52,764 nucleotides of DNA from a virus (IMGVR_UViG_3300025133_007827:1-52764); one strand, 5' to 3'; counted from the stretch's first letter, positions 1 to 8,876 are shown. Program-made: numbers and translations. Notes: generated from the sequence alone by a model not told the origin.

Positions 1-125
1 AACAACTCAGACACTGAATTCTCTGACACTCTTTCAGTGGTCCTTCCCTGTAGTTTAAATTTCATCTTCTGGTCTCCATATATATTGTCATCCCAACTGC
101 CTGGGCTTTAAATTTTTTCGTTTCT

Positions 126-470
126 TCACGCCCAATCCTCCCCTGGCTGTTCCAACCATGGTTGTCCCGTATAGTCAACAGTCAGTTCCTCCTCTGGAGC
201 GATCTCTTGATTCGCCACTATGACTGCCACAACTCCACCCAAACCGGTCTCAGGGTTCTTCACCTCTACTCGACAGTTCGGACGATAGCTGTGATTGTAA
301 TCCCCTTCTGGGGTCTTCATCCACTGACCATTCTCATGTCTGATGTGAGTGATTGCTATGACTTCTTCCCGATCTATCTCTTTAGTGGGAAACAAACCTA
401 TACCGTGTATCTCGGATGGTCCGGTCTCGACTGGAAATCCACTGAAGGATTTATGTGGATTATTTTCCAT
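126..470 (-). CDS. SET-domain protein (putative lysine methyltransferase)
   Basis: SET motifs SEIHGIGLF, YNHSYRPNC (NHSxxPN) and EELTVDY. Confidence 0.85.
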   Translation of the reverse strand: MENNPHKSFSGFPVETGPSEIHGIGLFPTKEIDREEVIAITHIRHENGQWMKTPEGDYNHSYRPNCRVEVKNPETGLGGVVAVIVANQEIAPEEELTVDYTGQPWLEQPGEDWA

Positions 471-726
471 CTACGGGATGCCATCCTCTGGAGTGTACTG
501 GTTCGACATCTATGACTTTTGCCAACCAGGTTCGTTCGTGTATCCTATCCGTCAGGTAGACTCCCGTTCCTGTGAACTTTTTGCCTCTGTTGGTCATCCC
601 CATCAGTTCGTACTCAGCCACACCTCCACTCTCGTACAGAAAGCCACCTTTTTGGTTCCAATACACAATGTGTTTGATGCCCGATTTGCTCACGATTGTG
701 GATTCGTGGAATGTTCCTTCTACCAT
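460..726 (-). CDS. hypothetical protein
   Basis: 88-aa ORF overlapping both neighbours in the minus-strand run. Confidence 0.6.
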   Translation of the reverse strand: MVEGTFHESTIVSKSGIKHIVYWNQKGGFLYESGGVAEYELMGMTNRGKKFTGTGVYLTDRIHERTWLAKVIDVEPVHSRGWHPVDGK

Positions 727-950
727 GCTGGACCTCCTTTGACCACTCTGGCTGATTTTCTACCAAATCCACCAAATTCGGTTTTTCTGGTTCTTTCCTT
801 TTTACCCAGATCGGATCTGGCATATACTTCACAGGCAGTTTTAACTGCATCTGCTGAATCCTCTCCATCCAGATTCAATAGATCCATTATGTCATCGGAC
901 TCCATCTGACTGACCTTCTTTAGATCGCTCTTAATTATCTCATCTATCAT
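720..950 (-). CDS. hypothetical protein
   Basis: 76-aa ORF with ATGA overlap to upstream gene. Confidence 0.65.
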   Translation of the reverse strand: MIDEIIKSDLKKVSQMESDDIMDLLNLDGEDSADAVKTACEVYARSDLGKKERTRKTEFGGFGRKSARVVKGGPAW

Positions 951-1174
951 TCCGTTTTACCTCTCAATCTTTTATTTTCTGCTGATTCGTAATCATGTTC
1001 ACGAACTTGTTCAACTACAGAAGATACACTGGTTGACTCATTCGGGACAACAATATAATTATAAATTACTTGCTGGTCAGACTGCATCTTTTCCAGTGTT
1101 CGTTCTATCCGTTCCAACTGCTCTCTCATAAAGTATACTGATCTCCTTATATCCGGTGTTGCCATTTTACTCAT
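947..1174 (-). CDS. hypothetical coiled-coil protein
   Basis: 75-aa ORF with ATGA overlaps on both sides. Confidence 0.65.
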   Translation of the reverse strand: MSKMATPDIRRSVYFMREQLERIERTLEKMQSDQQVIYNYIVVPNESTSVSSVVEQVREHDYESAENKRLRGKTE

Positions 1175-1767
1175 AATGTGACCTCTATTCCTATTTTAGC
1201 TTTGTAGTACAGTGAACCCTTTAATTTTGCGACTTCACCTAAATTGTATAATTTTACTTTCTCAGATACCTTCCAAGACACTTTGAATTTGTCTTCATGC
1301 TCGAAATTCTTCAGATCTGTATCACCGCTCTCGTCTGGTGGGAGATATCCATCAAATGAAATCTCTACATCTACTTTGTCCCAATAGGTTTTCTTCTTAC
1401 TCATACCGACTGAGGCGAAGGTTTCATAATAGTCTAATTTGTCAGTAATGGATCGTGTGGTGAATCCCCACGTTATATATTTCCAACTTTTGCGCCAATC
1501 AATTTTAGCATACTTGATAGATTTACTTTCTTTGTTCATGTACTCTGGTTTGAAGTACACTCCAGCACCTTCTATCTTCACCCAAGCCAAGTCATCAACA
1601 TACTTTGTACCAAGCTCTCTTTCCCACTGACGATTAATATGGAAGTAGGAATTACCAAGACCAATGCTGATCTCATAATCGCCTGCTGTGATTGTCGAGT
1701 CATTTGGGGTGCGTGCTGCAAATGAACTAAATAGCATGACTCCTGCTAACAGTGAATCTAATAGCAT
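1171..1767 (-). CDS. exported protein, possibly an outer-membrane beta-barrel
   Basis: Signal peptide (LLAGVMLFSSFAA), aromatic-rich amphipathic beta-like segments, C-terminus KAKIGIEVTL. Confidence 0.5.
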   Translation of the reverse strand: MLLDSLLAGVMLFSSFAARTPNDSTITAGDYEISIGLGNSYFHINRQWERELGTKYVDDLAWVKIEGAGVYFKPEYMNKESKSIKYAKIDWRKSWKYITWGFTTRSITDKLDYYETFASVGMSKKKTYWDKVDVEISFDGYLPPDESGDTDLKNFEHEDKFKVSWKVSEKVKLYNLGEVAKLKGSLYYKAKIGIEVTL

Positions 1768-1823
1768 GATAGCTCTCTTCCGTACATTTTGTATTTTACT
1801 ATATAACCGTTTAAGTTCTTAAC

Positions 1824-1937
1824 TTAGAATCCAGTCAACACACCTGCGGCAGAAGCCCAACCAGCGACTAAGAATCCGACTACAAATCCTATTCCTAATC
1901 CCCAAATCTTATCTAGGTGCTTTTTTAAAAAATCCAT
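1824..1937 (-). CDS. small membrane protein (37 aa, not in ORF track)
   Basis: Hand translation MDFLKKHLDKIWGLGIGFVVGFLVAGWASAAGVLTGF; GGAG upstream; fills the gap. Confidence 0.6.
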   Translation of the reverse strand: MDFLKKHLDKIWGLGIGFVVGFLVAGWASAAGVLTGF

Positions 1938-1938
1938 A

Positions 1939-2133
1939 CTACTTAGCTCCTTTGAACTTACTGAAGAAACCTCTTTTCTTCTTTTTGTCTTTTTTGACTT
2001 TCTTTGCTTTCTTCTTTTTCTTCTTCTTTATTTCTTCCATACCAGCACTATTGTTCATGTCTGAAGCAGTAGCAGTTGGTACAGCACCAAAAAAGATAAA
2101 AGCTGACAATATTCCTGTGAGTATTGTTTTCAT
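1939..2133 (-). CDS. small exported lysine-rich protein
   Basis: Signal peptide ending ATA-S followed by a poly-Lys tail. Confidence 0.6.
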   Translation of the reverse strand: MKTILTGILSAFIFFGAVPTATASDMNNSAGMEEIKKKKKKKAKKVKKDKKKKRGFFSKFKGAK

Positions 2134-2633
2134 TATTCTTCCTCCTGAGTTTCCTCGGCTGGTTTATCAACTAAGTCTTTTTTCTTAGCTGCTTTTTCTG
2201 CTGCCATCTCAGCAACAAAATCTTTTTTCTTTTCACCATGGTATTCATAGGCATGCCCTTCGGCGATCAGTATGTCATTGATACTGACCAATCCATCTGA
2301 ACTTCTATCGATATTCTCGGATACTTCATGACCAACTGCATCAGGCGATACAAAGATCTCTCCTAGTACCCTACCAAACTTACCGGTCCCAAATGAGACT
2401 ATCTTAAATGTCCCTGCTTCCAAGAGTTCTTTGTTTCTGGCCTTAGCAGCCAGTCCTTTGACTTTTTCTTCTTTGTCTCTTGTCCTGCTTTCCCAGGTAT
2501 CAATACCCATGTAACGAATTCTCTTCTTGATCTTCAGGGCAAACCCTAGATCGATATATGCATCAATGGTGTCACCATCAACCACTTTAACCAATGTGCC
2601 GTTATATTCAAACGACGCTACTTTTTTTCCCAC
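2133..2633 (-). CDS. thermonuclease (SNase-like) family nuclease
   Basis: VVDGDTIDA, RIRYMGIDTWE, GKFGRVLG and INDILIAEGHA motifs; GTG start. Confidence 0.9.
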   Translation of the reverse strand: MGKKVASFEYNGTLVKVVDGDTIDAYIDLGFALKIKKRIRYMGIDTWESRTRDKEEKVKGLAAKARNKELLEAGTFKIVSFGTGKFGRVLGEIFVSPDAVGHEVSENIDRSSDGLVSINDILIAEGHAYEYHGEKKKDFVAEMAAEKAAKKKDLVDKPAEETQEEE

Positions 2634-2642
2634 CGTACTCTC

Positions 2643-2927
2643 CTAGTTATAAATTACGGATGAATCAAACTCATCCAACACTCTAAAGGTCATTATAAAA
2701 TTTTTATCCTTTCCATCATCCCACTGTTCAAATTCTTCCAAAACACAATTTCCTCTTCCTGTCATTCTATCCATCACACTGTCCATTTGATCATCTGTTC
2801 GGCAGATGATACGAACACATCCGGGCTGAGCATTCACTAGCACTAAATTGTCAGGTTCATTGAGAATTTCGTCTTTCTTAAAAATGCTTGCTAACACTCT
2901 CAAGATGCTGGGAATTATTTTTCCCAT
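2643..2927 (-). CDS. hypothetical protein
   Basis: ORF track 2643..2945; start moved to MGKIIPS. Confidence 0.6.
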   Translation of the reverse strand: MGKIIPSILRVLASIFKKDEILNEPDNLVLVNAQPGCVRIICRTDDQMDSVMDRMTGRGNCVLEEFEQWDDGKDKNFIMTFRVLDEFDSSVIYN

Positions 2928-3313
2928 GGATATCTTATCCAACAATCGTCATTACTAGCATAATAAAAATCAGGCCCAAAGGCACTCTTATCATCATAAT
3001 GCAACGTATAAAACAAAGACTTTTCCACAGTGTCAGATATTCCAGTCAACGTTTCACCGGTATCGGATATATCGTCCACTACCAGGAGATTTTTTCGCTT
3101 ACCATCATATAACCCTAACGATGAAATCAGTGGCAAATCCAAAGCATGTGATAGAGCTACACCCAAGATGAGACCTCCTCTCGGAACCCCATAGATGGCA
3201 TCAATGTGAATATAATCAATAGCTTCTTTCGCAGCTATGGCCATCTCTTCAACGGCTTCATCAAATTCTTCCCATGTGAAGTTTAAAATCTCTTTTCCTG
3301 GATTAACGTGCAT
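2915..3313 (-). CDS. type I purine phosphoribosyltransferase (Gpt-like)
   Basis: GVPRGG loop, PRPP-binding motif LVVDDISDTGETL, C-terminal WIRYPWE. Confidence 0.88.
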   Translation of the reverse strand: MHVNPGKEILNFTWEEFDEAVEEMAIAAKEAIDYIHIDAIYGVPRGGLILGVALSHALDLPLISSLGLYDGKRKNLLVVDDISDTGETLTGISDTVEKSLFYTLHYDDKSAFGPDFYYASNDDCWIRYPWEK

Positions 3314-3316
3314 GTT

Positions 3317-3694
3317 TTAACCTTTCCTATAAGTATCTGCGTCCGTTACTAACCCCGCATCATAATTGTCCTTACAGGATGTACACCTGGATAGCAAATC
3401 ATCCTGTGATGATTGGACATCCACTTTATAATTTTGATGTTCTTCCGGAAGATATGATATGTCGGGTGGTACAAACTGCTTCTTGGGTGCATACCCTCTA
3501 CAGAGCATCTCATCTCTGATATCTTCAAACCTACTTTCTATCGACTTGGGTTCAACTAGATTGTTCCTGATGTAGCCATCGATCCTTCGCTTCAATCTCA
3601 TTGTTCCAGCAATGGCAAAATGTTCTCTATACTCGCCCATCAAATGATTCTTACATAGTATGCTGGTATCAACCATCCACATTCGCATCAGCAT
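3317..3694 (-). CDS. denV: pyrimidine-dimer DNA glycosylase / endonuclease V
   Basis: N-terminal MRMW..LCKNHLMGEYRE and EMLCRGY match the T4 DenV family. Confidence 0.8.
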   Translation of the reverse strand: MLMRMWMVDTSILCKNHLMGEYREHFAIAGTMRLKRRIDGYIRNNLVEPKSIESRFEDIRDEMLCRGYAPKKQFVPPDISYLPEEHQNYKVDVQSSQDDLLSRCTSCKDNYDAGLVTDADTYRKG

Positions 3695-3953
3695 CCTCCA
3701 CTTCTACCTTTTTAAAAGAATATAAATGTCCTACCTTTTTAAGATATAATTTCGCATCTTCCTCATCTCTCGCCCAAAATTTCAATCCCTCAGTGGATTC
3801 CCACTGTATCATGTTATGTTTTAAGTGGTATGGAAGTTTCTTCATACGTTTTTTCTCCTGGTTGTGTGTGACCATCATACCTTGTATCCAATTCTCATAG
3901 GGTACCCCCGTACGATCTTCAAATAGTTCTGATACTGTTTTTTTCTTCTTCAT
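3669..3953 (-). CDS. hypothetical protein (possibly leaderless)
   Basis: 94-aa ORF; no SD; ATG lies 5 nt after a TATAGT -10 box. Confidence 0.65.
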   Translation of the reverse strand: MKKKKTVSELFEDRTGVPYENWIQGMMVTHNQEKKRMKKLPYHLKHNMIQWESTEGLKFWARDEEDAKLYLKKVGHLYSFKKVEVEDADANVDG

Positions 3954-3958
3954 ACTTT

Positions 3959-3986
3959 ACTATAACCGCTGGTAGGAGTCAAGCAA
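3959..3986 (-). promoter_or_regulatory. sigma70-like promoter
   Basis: TTGCTT-16 nt-TATAGT with an A-rich tract upstream. Confidence 0.5.
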
Positions 3987-4028
3987 TTTCTATTTATTTT
4001 ATGAGAGAAGTGCTCAAACTCCTACCAG
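3969..4028. repeat. inverted repeat / stem-loop
   Basis: ctggtaggagt (3969-3979) and actcctaccag (4018-4028) are perfect 11-bp reverse complements, extendable inward with agca/tgct. Confidence 0.75.
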
Positions 4029-4032
4029 GCAT

Positions 4033-4662
4033 TTAATGCAGATGTATAATGATTGAATCAGTATACGATCCGTAAGTTGCTGTGATGACTACCGTTGAAC
4101 CTTTCATCTCTGGAAGTGGTCCAAACATAGTATAAACTTTACCATCCTTGGAATAGCTGGCGGGGTTGACCACCTTGAATTCATCTGTTGCCATTCCATT
4201 GCTCCACATGTATGTCTTATCAGATTTCCATGTGACTCTGTGGTATCCTTCTTTCCGATCTATGAATCCTTCCAACTTGATTAGAGTCTGACTCTTTTTT
4301 GATAATTGCATGTGGTATTCACCTTTCCCGTCTGGTCTGAGCCCATAAAAATCATCCACTCGAATCCGGATTGGTGATTGAGTCGCAGGTGGTTGGATCT
4401 GAAAGTCGAGTGGTCCGACTGAACCCTGGAAGGTACCGTCAAAGTCTAACGACTCAGCTCCGGCGCCATATTTGATCTCTAAGGGTGACATTGGCGGTTC
4501 TGGTGTCCTTACAGCAGGATTCCAACCGACATAAGTCCCCTCATATAGGGAACCTCTTGATGGTTGATGTTGTAACATCTCTCTGTATTTTTCTATTATC
4601 GGAGACTGAGACCAAGTCAGTGATACCAATAACAGAGCAGTTAAAAGTGTTTTGAATTTCAT
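4033..4662 (-). CDS. exported protein (Ig-like/beta-rich?)
   Basis: Signal peptide MKFKTLLTALLLVSLTWS-Q; strong SD AAAGGA. Confidence 0.7.
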   Translation of the reverse strand: MKFKTLLTALLLVSLTWSQSPIIEKYREMLQHQPSRGSLYEGTYVGWNPAVRTPEPPMSPLEIKYGAGAESLDFDGTFQGSVGPLDFQIQPPATQSPIRIRVDDFYGLRPDGKGEYHMQLSKKSQTLIKLEGFIDRKEGYHRVTWKSDKTYMWSNGMATDEFKVVNPASYSKDGKVYTMFGPLPEMKGSTVVITATYGSYTDSIIIHLH

Positions 4663-4682
4663 TTTATTTTTCCTTTTTTTGT

Positions 4683-4919
4683 TTAATCTAAAAAATCATC
4701 TGAATTTTGGTCAGACCATTCATTTAAGTCATTGCACATAGACCTTGAATCAGAATCATTCAGCAAATACCCAATATAATCATCATTGATGGAATTTTCA
4801 TTTTTTTTGGCATTCTTCTTACCAATCGCTTTAAATCTTGCTTTATTGAATGTTGGATCTAGATCCTTTTGCATGTCCATCAATGCTTTCATCTTTGGAT
4901 CGTTCTTGTTTATACTCAT
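4683..4919 (-). CDS. hypothetical protein
   Basis: 78-aa ORF with GGAG SD. Confidence 0.65.
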   Translation of the reverse strand: MSINKNDPKMKALMDMQKDLDPTFNKARFKAIGKKNAKKNENSINDDYIGYLLNDSDSRSMCNDLNEWSDQNSDDFLD

Positions 4920-4938
4920 TTGTTGTTACTCCATTTGT

Positions 4939-5289
4939 TTAAAAGTGTTCAGTTATGTTTATCATGATGATCGCAGCTGCCAGAATGAGACTAATGACGA
5001 TCTTCATCGTAGGGACCTCACCAAGCAGTGACCAGGTAAGTAACCCGAATGTGATTGTCGCTAATCCGAATCCGATCGGTCTAATGGCCCAATAGTATCC
5101 AAAGTGGTCATAAGACATTCTGGTACTGTAGTAGAAGAGAAAACTGATCGGAACTCCTCCCAAGAAGACCCACCAATTAGATTTTGTAAACCATTCATAC
5201 TTGCTACCCATGAACTGACCATTCATGTGAAACCATGCTATGACGTTTCCGATTATAGACAGTATGATTGCCCACTGTAATTTATTCAT
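4939..5289 (-). CDS. small 4-TM membrane protein (SMR/DMT-like)
   Basis: Four hydrophobic segments; LLGE..T.K..ISLIL pattern typical of DMT/SMR proteins. Confidence 0.6.
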   Translation of the reverse strand: MNKLQWAIILSIIGNVIAWFHMNGQFMGSKYEWFTKSNWWVFLGGVPISFLFYYSTRMSYDHFGYYWAIRPIGFGLATITFGLLTWSLLGEVPTMKIVISLILAAAIIMINITEHF

Positions 5290-5558
5290 TTAGACCTTCT
5301 CCAGACTGATGGGACACGTCGATGTCCTGATTTCATCCAATGCAACTTACCGTCACCATTGTCAAATGCCTGCCAGCCACATTTAGACCAAATGCATTTC
5401 CATTGGTATCTATCTGTCCAGTTTTCGAATGGTTTCATAACCCATCCACAAATACATTCTGGGCTGTGTTTGTAATAAAATCTCAATAGCCACTTGAAGA
5501 ACATTCCAACCACTTCTCTTCTTTTGGCATATACTCCTGGGGATCTTTTTCTACCCAT
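5286..5558 (-). CDS. hypothetical Zn-ribbon protein
   Basis: CICG..M...WKC...KCGW cysteine pattern. Confidence 0.6.
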   Translation of the reverse strand: MGRKRSPGVYAKRREVVGMFFKWLLRFYYKHSPECICGWVMKPFENWTDRYQWKCIWSKCGWQAFDNGDGKLHWMKSGHRRVPSVWRRSK

Positions 5559-5637
5559 TAGATGGTTACCAAAATCAACACCAACAAAAGAAAAAATATG
5601 ATTCCCAAAACCTTGCAGGTGACTTCTTCAAAATGAC

Positions 5638-5991
5638 TCATTTCCAACTCTTCTTATTTTTTGTAACGAAATAATTCCATCTATGATTACCTGGTTCGGC
5701 TAGTTTATCTTGGGACCACCTGGCTTGAATGTCTTCCCACTCAAAATGAATGCTACAATACTGTGTTAATTTTCTATTATGTTTGGGAAAAGTAAAATTC
5801 GATACGTCACCTTTGTATTGATGTTCTACCCCATTGTAATCAAGCAAAGGATAAGTTCGCTGAACAACTGTCGGTGCTCCACCGTCTGTCCATCCTACAG
5901 TAGTTCCACCGGTAGCACAATTCCAATTGAATAATACTACCACCAAACACATTAATAAAAAAACAAATGTCGGCGTGTATCTATTCATCAT
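5638..5991 (-). CDS. putative lipoprotein
   Basis: Hydrophobic N-terminus ending in Cys (FNWN-C); lipobox is atypical. Confidence 0.5.
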   Translation of the reverse strand: MMNRYTPTFVFLLMCLVVVLFNWNCATGGTTVGWTDGGAPTVVQRTYPLLDYNGVEHQYKGDVSNFTFPKHNRKLTQYCSIHFEWEDIQARWSQDKLAEPGNHRWNYFVTKNKKSWK

Positions 5992-6259
5992 ATAGACTGC
6001 TCCACTTTTTGAGTTTCTCTTTCTTCTCTAAGACTCTCTCATCTATATCTGTCCAGCTGATGATATCATACTCATGTAGTAACTCGATCATGCACATAAC
6101 ATCACCGACCTCTTCAGTTAATTTTTTGTTATCATAATAATTATCACTTCTGATGCTTTTGCTGCACTGCTGTATCAGTTCACCACACTCTTCCATCATG
6201 ATGGTCATCAGTTCCTGTAAATTATCCAATGTCTCTCTTTGCCTTTTTGTAGTGATCAT
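5981..6259 (-). CDS. MazG-like nucleotide pyrophosphohydrolase
   Basis: EECGELIQ and EEVGDV all-alpha NTP-PPase acidic motifs; start uncertain. Confidence 0.85.
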   Translation of the reverse strand: MITTKRQRETLDNLQELMTIMMEECGELIQQCSKSIRSDNYYDNKKLTEEVGDVMCMIELLHEYDIISWTDIDERVLEKKEKLKKWSSLYDE

Positions 6260-6398
6260 AATAAAACTGCCCCTTTCCCCGATCCTCAATGACCAACTTT
6301 TCTAATATCTCGACTCGATTCTCTACACTCTCTATGTAGTCATGAATTTCAAACAGATTCATGGTCATCAATTTCTTATTTTTTTCTTTTGCTTTCAC
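6222..6398 (-). CDS. small hypothetical protein (58 aa, not in ORF track)
   Basis: Hand translation from GTG: MKAKEKNKKLMTMNLFEIHDYIESVENRVEILEKLVIEDRGKGQFYYDHYKKAKRDIG; fills the gap. Confidence 0.45.
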   Translation of the reverse strand: MKAKEKNKKLMTMNLFEIHDYIESVENRVEILEKLVIEDRGKGQFYYDHYKKAKRDIG

Positions 6399-6418
6399 GA
6401 TCTATCAATACATACATA

Positions 6419-6447
6419 ATTAAACACCCCACAAACATAATTGTAAA
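6419..6447 (-). promoter_or_regulatory. sigma70-like promoter
   Basis: TTTACA-17 nt-TTTAAT in the intergenic gap. Confidence 0.45.
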
Positions 6448-6455
6448 CTCTACCA

Positions 6456-7055
6456 CTACACTACCTCATCTATCAGTCCATAAGCAAGACACTGTTCAGC
6501 ATCCCATAACAGATCACGTTTCAATATATCATTCAGGTCCTTCATTGGCACGTTAGTGTGTTCCTTATATACTTTTTTAATTGTCTTCATCATTAAATCT
6601 AAATTTTTCTTTTCATCCTCAAAGTTGGCATATGTTCCCCAAAAGCTACTACTCAATTGATGGATCAACATATAAGAGTTTCTGCTCATGAACCGTTTAT
6701 TCCCAACCACACTGATGAAGGTGGCTGCACTTGCTGCAAATCCGTCCACGTACGTGTGGACCGGTACCTTAGATCTCAAAATGGTATCCATACATGATAT
6801 ACCAGCTGTGATGGATCCCCCACCAGAGTTGATTAACAGCTTTATGGGTGGAGCTTCGATATCTAACGTGTTGGATAAATTTAAACTCTTTGATTCTATC
6901 TCACCGAGCTTCTTGTTCAGCTCAGCCGCACTCTCACGATTCACTCCTGCATAGTAGTATATCTTACTATCCTGCACAGCAATGTGTTTTTCGACCTTCC
7001 CAGGTGAACCTGCTTTCTTGTCTGGATTAGACTCGCCCCAATACTTATTTCTCAT
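6456..7055 (-). CDS. clpP: ClpP-family serine protease
   Basis: INSGGGS, GFAASAA (catalytic Ser), MLIHQ (His), RDLLWDAEQCLAYGLIDEV (Asp region). Confidence 0.9.
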   Translation of the reverse strand: MRNKYWGESNPDKKAGSPGKVEKHIAVQDSKIYYYAGVNRESAAELNKKLGEIESKSLNLSNTLDIEAPPIKLLINSGGGSITAGISCMDTILRSKVPVHTYVDGFAASAATFISVVGNKRFMSRNSYMLIHQLSSSFWGTYANFEDEKKNLDLMMKTIKKVYKEHTNVPMKDLNDILKRDLLWDAEQCLAYGLIDEVV

Positions 7056-7077
7056 TTTTCAAGACTTCCTTATACAA

Positions 7078-7428
7078 TTATATTCCTCCAAATTTCCAAT
7101 GATACGTGTCTCGTATCGATTCATGTTCAGCTCTCCACTGAGTCCATATGTTCTGTGATACCCATACCTCAACATACAGCGATTCAGGAACGAACACAAC
7201 GGTAAAGTTCCTGTGGATGAATGGTGCTATAAAACCTATACCCCAAAAGTTGAGTTCATCCGGATGGCTCGGATCAGGTCCATACCATTTACACCACCAA
7301 AAACTTCCGCGATGGCGTTGCCACCAAGTTGGATCTTCATATCCGTCCATATAGGAGCATGTGTTTATGGGATTTGTTCTGATATCATCCAATCTGATCT
7401 TTCTTATGTCACAATATTTTTTTTTCAC
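7078..7428 (-). CDS. hypothetical Trp-rich protein
   Basis: 116-aa ORF with GTG start adjoining the upstream small gene. Confidence 0.55.
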   Translation of the reverse strand: MKKKYCDIRKIRLDDIRTNPINTCSYMDGYEDPTWWQRHRGSFWWCKWYGPDPSHPDELNFWGIGFIAPFIHRNFTVVFVPESLYVEVWVSQNIWTQWRAEHESIRDTYHWKFGGI

Positions 7429-7596
7429 TTATGAAGTCTTCCGGTCAAGCAATGCAGTCAACTTGGCGGTCTCTTTTGCTGATTCGCCCGGCCTGGTTTT
7501 AATCAGAGCTAGCTGCTGTTGTGGTGTCCTAGCATCTCTGAGCTGCTGTCGCTCTAGAGCTTCTTCTCGACGCTGTCTCCGACCATGTTTTGTCAT
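7429..7596 (-). CDS. small basic hypothetical protein (55 aa, not in ORF track)
   Basis: Hand translation MTKHGRRQRREEALERQQLRDARTPQQQLALIKTRPGESAKETAKLTALLDRKTS; ATGA overlap with the ligase stop; AGGAG SD. Confidence 0.65.
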   Translation of the reverse strand: MTKHGRRQRREEALERQQLRDARTPQQQLALIKTRPGESAKETAKLTALLDRKTS

Positions 7597-8876
7597 ACCG
7601 TTCTCCTACCCTCTTCAAATACGTACTTGACTACAGGAAACCTTAAAGACTCTTTTCCGTCTTTGTCTTTTGATTTCTCAAAGTATTGTACGGTTATATC
7701 TTTTCCAACGATCAGCTCAGGATTGGCATAATACTTGACTCTATCATCAAGACTGAATCCGGATCCTACAGAAACCGTATTTCCTTTATGCTCAATGAGT
7801 ACGTTGGTGAGAGTTTCAATGGTCTTCTCGAGACCGGTCTCCTTATCTATCATGCGAAATGGTCCGACTTCAATATCCTTAACCACATATTCATCATCAT
7901 GCATCTTCTTCATCTTCAACAGAGCTCTGGTTCTCTTACCTTCGTAGGGAGCATCTGCTCTTCGAATCATATATCCTTCCCAACCACTCTCTACCGCACT
8001 GTCTAATTTTGCAACAGCATCTGCCTCTGAAGTGATCCTTTCCATTTCTAATTTATTGATGTGCTCACAAGCCGCGAAACGAACGATTCTTAACATTCTG
8101 GACCGAGTCGTCTGATCGGAGTATCCTTTATCGAATTCATCCAATGTGAGTGAATCAAATACGATGAACATCGGATCTTCAATCGTGTAATCTTTGCGTT
8201 TGATCTGACTAACGATAGCTTTGTAATCTTCAGTACCACTTTCATCCATCACGCACATTTCACCATCAAGGACAAAATTGTCTGTCTCTATTTCTTCCAA
8301 CTCTTTCTTCAACACATCTAGTGTTGTGAACTCATTACCAGCTCGAGAGAAGAACTTCACAATACCGTTTTCTTTTCGAGCGAGTACTCTAACACCATCG
8401 AGCTTTCTTGATCCTAACCACTGCTCTTTATTCCAATCAATCTTATGAGCATGGTCCTCAAACTTCTGAGCAAGAGCCACATCGAATTGTGGAATGAGTT
8501 TTAGCCAAACCTTGTTGATCAGCTTGGCATCTGTGCGAGTCTTGAGATTCTTATCGAGAATCTTATAAATTAATTCAGTCCATTCGTCTTCCGTATCAGC
8601 AATAAAACCATTAAGGATACCAATAGCATCATGACCTGTAAGTTTTCTATCCACTAAATCATCAAGAATATCAAACAGATTATCATAATGACAATCAGCA
8701 ACTAAATCGCTTTTCTTAATAAGCTGAGAAGACTTGACACCGTACTTCCGATACGGATCATAAGTGTATTCGAGTACCTTCTTCAGGTCAGGATATTTTC
8801 TCAAGATATCCATTTTTTCATTTTTTGAATTAGTGTCGTTGAGCTCGTCAACCATTTGGGATAATCTATAAAACAT
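7593..8876 (-). CDS. lig: ATP-dependent DNA ligase
   Basis: Motifs KLDGVR (adenylated Lys), VLDGEM, FIVFD, EGYMIR, LLKMKK, VGSGFS, SLRFP; start moved to MFYRL. Confidence 0.95.
   Translation of the reverse strand: MFYRLSQMVDELNDTNSKNEKMDILRKYPDLKKVLEYTYDPYRKYGVKSSQLIKKSDLVADCHYDNLFDILDDLVDRKLTGHDAIGILNGFIADTEDEWTELIYKILDKNLKTRTDAKLINKVWLKLIPQFDVALAQKFEDHAHKIDWNKEQWLGSRKLDGVRVLARKENGIVKFFSRAGNEFTTLDVLKKELEEIETDNFVLDGEMCVMDESGTEDYKAIVSQIKRKDYTIEDPMFIVFDSLTLDEFDKGYSDQTTRSRMLRIVRFAACEHINKLEMERITSEADAVAKLDSAVESGWEGYMIRRADAPYEGKRTRALLKMKKMHDDEYVVKDIEVGPFRMIDKETGLEKTIETLTNVLIEHKGNTVSVGSGFSLDDRVKYYANPELIVGKDITVQYFEKSKDKDGKESLRFPVVKYVFEEGRRTV

Noticed and set aside
1960-2030. T/C-rich low-complexity tract as a tandem repeat or terminator
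   Set aside because: It simply encodes the poly-lysine stretch of the 1939..2133 ORF.
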